The notes below the pieces were generated by a model, which saw nothing but the letters and a program-made list of their open reading frames with translations, made no database searches and was not told where the DNA came from. A DNA stretch of 64,000 nt from Entomortierella parvispora E1425 (lineage: Eukaryota > Fungi > Mortierellomycota), in contig BQFW01000014.1 of assembly GCA_020891255.1 (NCBI GenBank), positions 1,178,001 through 1,242,000 of the forward strand, in the 5' to 3' direction. Shown here in pieces: positions 39,001 to 50,000 of the stretch. Within the stretch, counting starts at the first letter, position 1, and the number at the start of each line of letters is the position of its first letter. The translations under genes and the position numbers were made by a program.

Positions 39001-39750
39001 CCCGCAATTACTTTACCACCGTCTCAAAGGACAACCACTACAAGACAATAGAAAACACCACTTACGTTCACTTTGTTTCCTTGAGGGTCAACAGCCAAAA
39101 GGATGTAGTTGAGGATACCGGCGAGAATCAGAAGCAAGTTGAACAGCGAAGTCAAGCAGTGGAAAAACTTCATGAAGGGCGAGATCTGCTTTGGTGGCGA
39201 AAGAATGTTGGGTCCGTTCTCGATCAAACGCTGGGCTGCCACAGCAGAATCTAAACCTCTGCTGTTGCCAGCCTTGGCGACGTCGATGCTCACTCCATGC
39301 CGAGCAGCGATCTCCTCAATTGGGAACAGATGCTCCGTCTATCGTGTCCAAGAAGAAGGGGGAGGTGAGTTGGAATCTGCGCCTTCTCCATTTTCTTCCC
39401 TTTTGTTTGGCAGCGCCTATTATGGCTTTAGGGAATTGCATTTTTTTTTCTTCTCTTCAAGTCTGCGTTCTGAAGAATCAACTGATAAGGTCTCGATCTT
39501 TGACTGACACGAGACAAACGAGAGCGAGAGAGAGAAGGGAAGGAGGGGCAGTCTGTTTACTTACAATATCTAGGGACTTTTCCTTCTGGGCAATGGCATC
39601 CCTCTTTTCCTGCTCCTTTTCGGACAGAACAGGCTTTTTGCCTTGGGTATTGTTGGTGGAGGGCACAGTTCTGGTCCTGGACATCTTGAGAGGCTCGTTG
39701 AACTCCAGCTTCTGCTGCTGGATCGCGTCGGGGCCTTGGCTAGAGGCCAT
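36042..39750 (-). CDS. P-type ATPase, P2C (Na,K/H,K-ATPase alpha-like); 3 exons
   Basis: GPNILSPP, KVDNSSLTGET, VPEGL, phosphorylation motif [72 protein letters not shown]. Confidence 0.93.
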
Positions 39751-42700
39751 GTTCGGTACAAGTCGATAGGGGAACGAGAGGAGTGAGTTTTGGGGAGGAG
39801 TGGAGAGGGGAAAGAGATTGGCAAGTGTCCTTGCTCGTCTGTCAAGGGTCAAAGAGGGAGCGGGGGGGTTGGTGGAGAAAGAGAAAGGCAGAGAGGAAAG
39901 AAAAGAAAATAAGGACGGACAGGAAGAAACAAAAAAAGACGAACAGCGCGGACCAGAAAAACTCATCCCAAAATAAACAAATTTTTTCATCTTTTGTGCG
40001 TTATTTTTTTTTTTTTTTTTTTTTTTGCGCTCTCAGCGACATGGAGCAGGCCAAAGAGTTTGCTCTTCCCCGGGAAAGGTATTGTTGATTGCCACTGTTA
40101 TCGGCTCTCCTGCTTCGTACCCCGATCTGGACATCTGGACGGGGGATGCAAAAGCAAGGAGGGCCCTGTTCATCACCCAGTCTAGTCCACAGCCCCTGGT
40201 AAAGGGAAAGGGGGATTGCTCTCGACCGTATGTCACGCTGTTCCATCGATGCAGATGTCGCGGCAGACAATTTTCGTTGGTCCGCCGTCAGCCTGTCAGA
40301 AGTTCCAGCCCTTCTTGCCCCACTCTTTCACTTCTGGGCACCCGCTTCACTCTGTACCACCTTACTTGTGTCTGTGCTCTCGCGCCCAATTGCGCACAGA
40401 TTACATACTCTTTCAAGCCTGTCTCTACTCTGCCCGCGTGTTGACATGCAGTTAGTAACGCTAACATTGTAACTGCCCACGCCGATTACTGTCAACCGAA
40501 ACCTTACACAGTGCAAGGCATCACCTCCGACACAAGAAACAGGGAAACAAAAGCAACCACAGACCAGGCAAAAACGAAATATGAATTAAAAACAAAGGTA
40601 CATGGATCAATTGACTCTCTCTCCTCCTTTCCTCTCCTCTCCCTCCTCTCTGGCCTTTTTTTTATTGCCACAGTACTGCTGCGTGATTTGTTGTTCGCCG
40701 AAACGCGAAAAAAAAAAGACACGAAGAGAAAGGCCGTTGCAGTAGAAAAAGCTGAAATGAGTTACACCGTTTCCACCCCTTTTCCTTTTTTTTTTATTTT
40801 GCTCCGAGATGATCCCTGTCCCCACCGGAATTATCATCTCCATTGAGATGCTTATTCCTGAATCAACGGACAGGTTTTTTTCTTTCATTTATTTTTCACC
40901 AAGATCAAGAGAACTCGCAAAACATGCACGCCGACCATGAGAACCACACAGCAGAGTCCCCGTGGGTCTCAATTTCCTGTTTAGACGTAGTCCGTTTTAG
41001 ACTCAGCTTCTATGGTCCGTTTTAGATTTTTTAGAAGGGGTCCGATCTGTGAAACTGAACGAATGCCAAAAAGGCCTCGCTGCTAACTTTCCGAATGACT
41101 TTTCTAAAAACTTGTTGGACGTCCAGGCCAGGACGAGTGAGGAAGGGCATTGTGAAGGACTGCTTTCCAGAATAACGAGAATGAACGTGTCCGCTTCTGT
41201 GGCACCGCGTCCCTCTTAAAACAGGAAAAAAATGAAAACACACGGTGAACTGGGACTCTTCGGATCATCTACACTGTATGTAAATTAGGCTTGATAAAGG
41301 TTGGTGAGAACTCCTTCACAAGGAGTGTAGGGACAGCTCTTCAGAAGACATATGTGGAACAATACCTCTGTACGATTGTACCACCAGACCTTGCCAATGC
41401 GGCAAGCCTCACTCTGACCACACCACTACCGGAGCCTTTGTTTCCTTGGTTCGGCATAGCAAATAACAAAAAAAAAAAAAAAAAAGGACCACCCTGGTCG
41501 GTCAGCGAAAGGCATGTCACAATCAGACAAGGCATAACAAGGAAGAAAGGCCAAGGTTTATTGTGAATTGCAGACTGAGGAGAACAGGGGGCAAGAAGGC
41601 CAGTTATTTATCTTGAATCGAGTGGGCTGTGATGAGGCCGACACGTAGTGGGGCTGGATCTGATACTGGGGTCTGGATCTGACACATCGTGGGGTGGTGT
41701 TTTGGGCTCCATGGTCTTGACGTTTTATAGTCTTCATCAAACTACAGAGCGGGAGTCAAGATATGAGGAACGCGAGTCGCGCTCCAGTAATTGATAATCA
41801 TGGACTGGGGTCCGTAGTGACCAATTTGTGCCCAGTACGGCACGCGACAGGGCGATCCAGTTTTGCTGTCGTTGTTGCTCTTTCATGTTTTGTCTCTCAT
41901 TCCTTCTTCACCTATATCTGTGAGCGCTATTCACAGGTCATTCACCGTTTGTCTCGGCAGACCATTCTCTTCGCAGTCTCGGATTCATGGTCGGACAAAG
42001 AATCTTAGAACAACAAGTGAACCGGAACCAACGGCGCGATTTGCTGGTAATGATCGCAAGTACCTGGTAAAGTAGCCCAAGTTTAACGTTGGAGGCCTTC
42101 ATGAGATAGCCAGGGCTGTATATCAATAACATCGAGGAGAATCGCTGACCAAAAGTCAATCGGCCGCTCTAATCCTCCATGTGGCCTCCTGTTCGGATGC
42201 TTTTGGAAGTGCAGTTTTTTTTTAAAAAAAAAACCAAATATCTCAACGGACATTTGGTGGCGGCAGCAGTTATGATGGTGAAAGTTACAATGCTGATGAT
42301 GGTGATGACTTACGGCCTAACGTCAAGGAATCTAGCATCGTTGTCGTCGCGTCTCATTGTCACTTTGGGCTAGGGCGACAATTGAGGGTGTGGATGCAAT
42401 CCAATTCAGGCATCGTTCTTCAGGAATGGAGGCCCGTTGGAGAGCCTGCCTAAAAACGGACGACCGTGCAAAGTTATCTCACCTGAACTGCCTTGCAGAC
42501 TCGGAGACGCACAAAACTCAATTGAGGAGATGCCAGAATACCAGAACAGGGGGGAGGGGTTGGACGATGGTTCGCCCCACGGCGCACGAAAGGACTGTCC
42601 AAAGAAAACGAAATCAAGTCACTCTTTCTCACGCGTGAACACCCGTGGCCGAGCTGCGCAGACCCCTCTTGGGGTTACACCCCCGAAGGTCCTCCTGGGA

Positions 42701-43122
42701 GTTAGACTATTCTTGATTAGCAGGTCGGCGCACGGCCTTCAGCCCAGCTTTTCGGATTTTTTGCAAGCAACACTCGCCTTCCGATTCCGAGGGGCGATTT
42801 TAGGATTACCTATTTTGGACGAGATATAAGAGCGACGACGTCGATGGTCCCACAAACACACCACTGTGAACATCTAAACAATCAGGACACGCGGGACAAC
42901 GAGAGAGAGGGCTCGGATGTTGCTTGATATTCCTTGTTGATCTTGTTGACATTGTTTGTTCTTATCATACCTCCGGTCCTTGGACTGTCGGTTGTCCTCT
43001 AACAGCAAGAGAATTCCTATAAGTATCAGCCAAAAAAAAAACATTTTTTTTTATCTCAACCTCATCTCATTCTCTCATTCTCTCCACTCTACCAACTACA
43101 ACCAACCCTCTTTTGCACCACC

Positions 43123-44179
43123 ATGGCCACCACCACTGTTGGAGCACCCAAGCAAAAGAAGGATGCCAAGGCCTTCTTGACCGATTTTGCCCTCGTACGT
43201 CTCCTCACCTCATCTTTCCACTTGACTTATATGATTTTCAGTTAAGTATTGAACTGACATGATTTTCCTTTGTGTGTGGGGCATGTTCATCATTTAGGGA
43301 GGTGTAGCCGCCGCTGTCTCAAAGACCGCTGCAGCTCCCATTGAGCGAGTCAAGCTTCTTCTCCAGAACCAGGATGCGTTGCTCAAAGCCGGTCGACTCT
43401 CTCACCCTTACTCGGGCGTCACGGATTGTTTCCGCCGTGTTGTGGCCGAGGAAGGTGTGGTCCCTCTCTGGCGAGGCAACGGTGTCAACGTTCTTCGTTA
43501 CTTCCCCACCCAGGCCCTCAACTTTGCTTTCAAGGATTATTACAAGGCCATGTTCAACTTCAAGAAGGACAGGGATGGTTACGGGAAGTGGCTCTTTGGC
43601 AACTTGGCCTCGGGTGCCCTTGCTGGAGCGTCTGGACTCTTGTTCACTTATTCTCTGGACTATGCGAGAACTCGTCTCTCCGCGGATGCCAAGAGCGGTG
43701 GTGTCAATGGCACTCGGCAGTTCAATGGTATGATCGATGTCTACAAAAAGACCATTGCGGCCGATGGTTGGGCTGGTCTTTACCGTGGCTTTGGTCTCTC
43801 GGTCGCAGGCATCATTGTCTACCGAGGTCTGTACTTTGGATTGTATGATTCTGTCAAGCCCCTCATGCCGGAATCTATTCGTGGCTCCTTCTTGGCCTCC
43901 TTCATCCTCGGATGGGGTGTGACCAACTTGGCCGGTTTTGCTGCTTATCCTGTTGACACTGTTCGTCGTCGTATCATGATGACCTCGGGTGAGGCCGTCA
44001 AGTACAAGTCCTCGGCCGATGCTTTCTCGCAGATCATCAGACAGGAAGGCTTCAAGTCCTTGTTCAAGGGTGCTGGTGCCAATGTCCTCCGGGCCGTTGC
44101 CGGTGCCGGTGTCTTGTCTGGATATGATCAGCTTCAGGTCCTTGTCTTTGGCAAGGCCTACAGCGGTGGATCTGGATAA
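43123..44179 (+). CDS. AAC: Mitochondrial ADP/ATP carrier, 2 exons
   Basis: [82 protein letters not shown]. Confidence 0.96.
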
Positions 44180-44547
44180 ACAGCCCTACCCCTTCTGTGG
44201 AACTCCCCTCTCTTTCCTAGTGACTTTTTGTTCACTCTTGGTTCTTGAGGCCCACCAAACAAACCTTACTCCCCACTCTTCCAACGATATCTTTCTTTTA
44301 CATTTACCGTCCCCTAGGACTGGTGAACACTCCCCACTCTTAATGATGTTTACGTTGAATGACTTGTTCATCCTCACAATAAAAAAAGCTCAGAAGCTTT
44401 TTGGCCAACCAAAAAAAAAAAAAAAAATCTTGACCGTCCTTCGTATTCAAAACTCAGGAACATCACAGATAACATGGTAGTAGCAGAGACGAGGGAAAGG
44501 TATCTTCTAGATCGCTAGATTTATAATATCTGGGGTATGAGGTCTCC

Positions 44548-46207
44548 TTATGCTTGCTCGTTGGTAAAGTTGAGTATCCTCCAGAAGAACTTTGACTCAT
44601 ATTCTTTCTCGAATTCAATGTCTACAGTCAGATAATTAGGCAGGAACTGCAACAACTCTGCATCTTTCTTGCTGTCAATCTTGGGCGAATATGTGACAAG
44701 GCTGCTGGTGGTACTGTAAGTCAACGTGAATCTCAATGCTATGGGGTAAGAAAGGGAGCAACTTACGAGTCAGCATTGACCCCTATCATTTTCTGCTGAA
44801 AAGACAGTGGTCTAGAGGATCTTCGCATAGACTTACTGCCTCGTTTCCCTGTATGTTCACAGTCCCAGATTGAAGGCACCCGTTCTTTGGCAGAACGCGA
44901 GCTAATATCCTTGGGGGTGATCTTGAATCCGCTCAGGTTCTCAAACATGTGAAGAGTGCTTATGGTAATGGCTGACCTAGGCGTGACGTCTGGGCTGGCA
45001 AGCACCGAGACTATGGACGCATCCTTGGTTTTGATTCTTTCTTCTCTCTCCTTCTGCTCAAGTTTCTTGCGTGCATCCCGCAGTTCCCGTTCAAGTGTCC
45101 GTACTGTGGTATCCATCCAATAATAAAGAACAAATATTAGTAATATTAGTTTTTTGTTCTGAGTGATGCTGTTTGCATGGTTTATCTATCCTCCATACAT
45201 ACTGGTAGCAAGCCCTACCTTTGGCGTTCAAAGTCTCGTTAATATCCCTGAGTACCTGTTGTGATTGTAGGGCGGCTGTTGGAGATAGCACAAACTGAGT
45301 TAATAACCTGGAGAAGACTGTGCGATAATAGTTGAGTTGCGGTTGAAAATACATACACTGCAGCTGTGGTTCGATCTGCCTCCTGTAGTTCTCTGCACTC
45401 TCAGTGACCTCCTCCAATTTTGCTCTGCATTCGCCCAAGTGAGTCTCTGCCTCCGTATGTCGAAGTTGCTTCAAGAATTTGAACCTCCCTTGAACATCCT
45501 GCATTGCCGCTATTACCTGTTGAACGGACAAGACAAGGCGAGCTCGTCAGTAAGTCAAAGAGACTGGTGGAAGTCTACAGCAAAATCCCCGCGAAGAAAT
45601 GCCCGATACCTCTTCTTTGGACATGTCCATCATATTCCTGATCCGTTTTTGCTTTTGCTGGTCATTGCTGGATGAGGACTCTGTTACAGCGTAGCTGTTG
45701 TTGGTACTTCCGTTGGGGTCGTTGGACCTTTTCAAAGATGACGACTCCTGCTGCGATGATTTTTTACGTGGTTTGGGCTGTGATTTCTTCTTGATCAGGG
45801 TTTCCTGTTCTTGCTCCTCGTTCTCAGAGTTAGAGGGCACTGGTGAGGCATCCCTGCGGACAGTCTTGCTCGGTCGTTCTGTTTTTGACGCGTTTTGGAT
45901 TTTTTTTTTTTTTTGTGTATTTGTTTTGAGAAGGTCATGGTTGATTAGTCGCTTGGAGGAAAGAGTAAACAATTGCGAGGCGCGATGCAACGGGATCATG
46001 TCGAGGGTGGGTACCTGCATGTCTACTGCCAAGAGAAGAATAAGACTCCGAGGTGCTTTTCGTACGCTGGAAAGAGATGGTTTGGATGGGGATTAGTGGA
46101 TTAGTGAGTGGTGGCGCAATTGTGTTGTGTAGCATGGTCGAGGGAATCCATCGTACCTTGACGGCGGCGACCGAGATCTTTGAGCCAGTAGAGCGTTTTG
46201 GTGGCAT
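44548..46207 (-). CDS. CSM1: Monopolin subunit Csm1/Pcs1-like (basic disordered N-terminus, coiled coil, C-terminal RWD-like domain); multi-exon
   Basis: C-terminal MFENLSGFKI..WDCEHTGKRG..LRFTL..VTYSP..LLQFLPNYLTVDIEF..KFFWRI matches the recalled Csm1 domain pattern, preceded by coiled-coil exons. Confidence 0.75.
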
Positions 46208-46683
46208 GAGTTGTAGGTATGTCTATGTGTGTGAATGCTGTGTGAGAGTGAGTCTGCCGTGATGAAAAAGAGAAAGGAAAGAGAGAGGGAGGGAAGGAAG
46301 GGATGAGAGACCCAAGGGACAGAGAGGGAGAGAGAGAGAGAGAGAGAGAGAGAAGCAGAGAGAGGGAACACAAAGTGAAAAAAAAATTGACTCTCTCTCA
46401 ACTCTCTCTTCTGCGTGTGCAGTCTGGTCTCTCTCACACGCTCTTTCTGCCAGGCACGGCACACTCTGCTCTCGGTGTGCTTTCTCCTTGTGTTGGACTG
46501 CAACTCAAACACACTCTGTCCATTCACCCGCATCGTATCCTTTGTCCTACTGTACTTTGTTTGTTCCTGCTTCTGTTTCTGCCTGTGCTTGTGCTTCATC
46601 GCTTCTTGACTTCATCCTTCTCATTCCTTTTTATTCTTCATCTCTCCCTCTCTCTTTCTCTCTTTCTCTTTCTGTCGCTTTCC

Positions 46684-46684
<1 letters not shown>

Positions 46685-46756
<72 letters not shown>

Positions 46757-46759
46757 TCT
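46685..46759. repeat. Long (CT)n microsatellite between the divergent CSM1 and ABCC genes
   Basis: About 75-nt CT run with one TA interruption. A further (GA)-rich run lies at ~46320-46370. Confidence 0.95.
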
Positions 46760-47066
46760 GACTCTCTTGCTCTTATTCTTCTGTGAATGGCTTTCTTGTG
46801 GGCATAACCTCTCGCCCCTCCCCTCCCTCCTTCCCACCTGCCTTCCTTCCCACCTTCCTACCTTTCTCCTTTCTCCGGAGGGCTACCGAGAACAACCGCA
46901 ATCAGCATTCAACAATCTTACTGATCCTCCAGATTCAGATTCAAACAACAGCGTCTCCATTCTCCATTCCTCTTTTTCCGAGCACCCGTCCAACGCCACT
47001 AGACTGTGAATCGCACCCCTACTTCTTCGACCAGATACCATCCTCGACTGCATTCTTATACATCCC

Positions 47067-50000
47067 ATGCCCCTGTCCCCCCAACGGTCCCAACGGCGCC
47101 ACAAGGGTCGCCATGACTCCACCTCGTCTTCTTTGGACGATACCCCCATTCTCCTGAAAGGTGGCCACTCCTTCAACGTCGTCTCTCAGTGGTTCTTCCT
47201 CTGGGTAATCCCCCTCTTGCGCCGCACCCGGTCTGATCCAGATTTCGATTCAGAGTCGATCCAGCTACAAGAAAAAGAATCAGCCCAATATGCTGGCGAG
47301 CGTCTAGGCGATCGTTGGCAACAGGAGGAGCTTGACCACAAAGAAAAGTAAGTAATAGAATCCCTCTCTTCTTTCCTTCCCATCTGCATTTTCTCCCCTT
47401 CCCTCTATTTCTGCGGCATTCTTCTGTTCCTGGTCTAAAATCAGGCATGGCGGAGATGGGGCAGTAACCAGACAGGCAACCGAAAGGTAGATCTTGGGGC
47501 CCCCTTTGGATCTCAAAAAGGAACAAGTTCCACCCTTCGACAGGGAGACGATCGACCCTGCGCGACGTCTTCAATCCCCTATTTGCGGCAAATCTTCTGT
47601 CCTCTGGCCTTACTGCCGCCGCACCAGAGCTCACAGGTCTTTCTTTTTCCCTCCCCTGCCCCCTTCGTTTTTCCTGCCTGTCCATCTGTCTTCCTGCCTG
47701 CCTGACAACACCTTCAGATAATGACAATCCGACTGCCCCCTCTAAAAACACCTCCTGGCTCTGTTGTTCGTTACCGGGATTGCCAACAAAAGGCAATCGG
47801 CCCGTAAAGAGAGTCGAGAAAGAGGAGGGTTGCAGTTGTACGCGTGAAAAAAAAAGGAAAACGGCACAAAAATGGTCCTTGGAGTCTTTTGGGGTGGGAC
47901 CAGAATGGGTGCCTCCGTTGCCTATGGACATGTGGACTACGTTTTTGACAGGATACCCCTGCCTCGGCCTGCAGCTTCTCTGACAGTCGATGCAAAGTTC
48001 GGGGGACAGAGACGATTGCACAGGACTGGGGGAACCATAATTAGAACTTGGTGCTCCATGTGCTTTTGCGGGAAAAAGACACCCTCAAACTGGACGCATC
48101 ACGGTAGGAGAAAGGGGGTTCATCTAGGGGAAGAGGGGGCGTGTCTTTTCAATTGCGTTGCGTTGGGCGAGAGGGGAGGGAAGGGCTCATGTTTGTTTTA
48201 TCCTTCTCATGTTTGTGGTTGTCGGTCATCATCATCGAGTATGTCCACAGAGTGGACCAAGAGGACTTTTAATCGTGATATTACCAAGTCAGGGGAAATG
48301 GTGTCATTGCATCTTGGAGCTGGGGGGAACTACGAACGCCTCCGGATCCTCTCAAAATAGTGCTTCTAACAAACGACCCAATTTTTTTGTCTTCACTTCC
48401 ATCTCATCTCTTTGAAAAAATGCGCGCATTTGTTTTATTATTGTTGGCTGCGTGACCTTTAGAGCGTCCATCAGCAGAGCCTTGATGAGCGCCTTTGGGA
48501 GACCTTATCTCATGTTGGCTTTTTACAAGGTCTTCTGGATCATTTTTACGTACCTTGGCGCGTATTTCTTTGTCAAGCGGATCATCATCCATGTGGAGTC
48601 GGCGCCCGTAGTCGGTCCAGATACGAGATCTATAACGTCCGGATACCTTTACGCCCTGGGCCTCTTTCTGACTTGCGTCTGCAGCAGTGTCTGTATTCAG
48701 CAGGTTATGGCCGAGTGTACTCGGATAGGAGTTCAGGTAAAGCGTCTATTTGTAGCTTAGACTGAGGGTGTCTCTCTGAAGCATTGGGTCTGACATGCCT
48801 GTCTTTGTATTTAGGTCCGCGCTGGGCTCATGGTTTTGATCTATCGCAAATCCCTCAAATTATCTTCAGCACATGGAGGAATTGGCAACATCATCAACCT
48901 TATCTCGAACGACTGTAACCGTGTCGCAGAGTCCTTTGTCAACTTTCACTTCCTTTGGAGTTCTGCACTGGAGATCCTCGTGGTCATTGCACTGGCGTTT
49001 GTGGAACTTCAAATCGCTGCTGTGCCTGCACTGGTCATCTTGGTGCTTCTCTTCCCTGTACAGTACTTTCTCTCACTCTATACCGCCCGCGTGAACGCCA
49101 CGGCCACCAACTTGACCACAGCCAGGATCCACATCATGTCGGAGCTCCTCACTGCCATCAAGCTCATCAAATTCTACGCATGGGAATCCTACTTTCGCGA
49201 TCGTGTTACTCGCGTCAGAGCAAAGGAGATGAAAGAACTTCAGAGAGGAATGTACCTTAAGATCACCTCGTTCGCCGTCGTGTTTGCTGCGCCCGTCGTT
49301 ACGACATTGGCTTGCGTCTGTGTTTATGAGCTAACTGACAACAGGGGAGCGACTGGCAACGTCAAGGCGAGCGTCGTGTTCACGATCCTGTCATTGTTCA
49401 ACACCTTGCGCTATCCTTTGATCATGCTCCCCATTGCGGTCAAAACCACTCTAGGTGCATTCCTCAGCTTTAGTCGATTGGACGGTTTCTTGAGTCTGCC
49501 AGAAGTAGAGCCTCTTCCTCATCGCGGGGGAGAAGGCTCTGTGCAGGATTCAGACAAGGATGGCTACAGGATGACATCTGTTGTGGCGGATGGACTGGTC
49601 ATGAACGGTTCTGCCAGCAGCAGCGGAGACGCTAAAGAGATGGAACGACTTGCGCGACGTCGGGAGATTGCTCAGCTTCGGATTTATATCAAGGATGCAG
49701 ACTTTGGCTGGCCAGAGTCTCAAGAGTCGAACCCCACTCTAAAGTTTATCAGCATGAGCGTAAAGCCCAGGCAGCTAGTGGCCATTGTCGGCGATGTCGG
49801 ATCAGGAAGTATGTTTTTCTGAAAAAAGTCTGGATAGTCAGAATGATATTGTATCGATATATTAACATGTTGTCAATCTGTATTCTTTAGAATCTTCGAC
49901 ATTGGCAGCTATTATGGGTCAAATCAGATTGATGGCAGGAGACAAGGAAGTTCATGGATCATTAGCCTATGTCCCTCACGATGCCTGGCTTTTGAATGCC

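Noticed and set aside
40100-43000. 3-kb region with short ORFs, a possible GTAAGT-spliced ORF near 42350-42090 and a small hairpin near 40450
   Set aside because: No recognisable product or RNA family. Consistent with divergent promoter/UTR DNA.
46093-47009. ORFs with SLSLSL/ERERER runs
   Set aside because: Products of (CT)n/(GA)n repeats.
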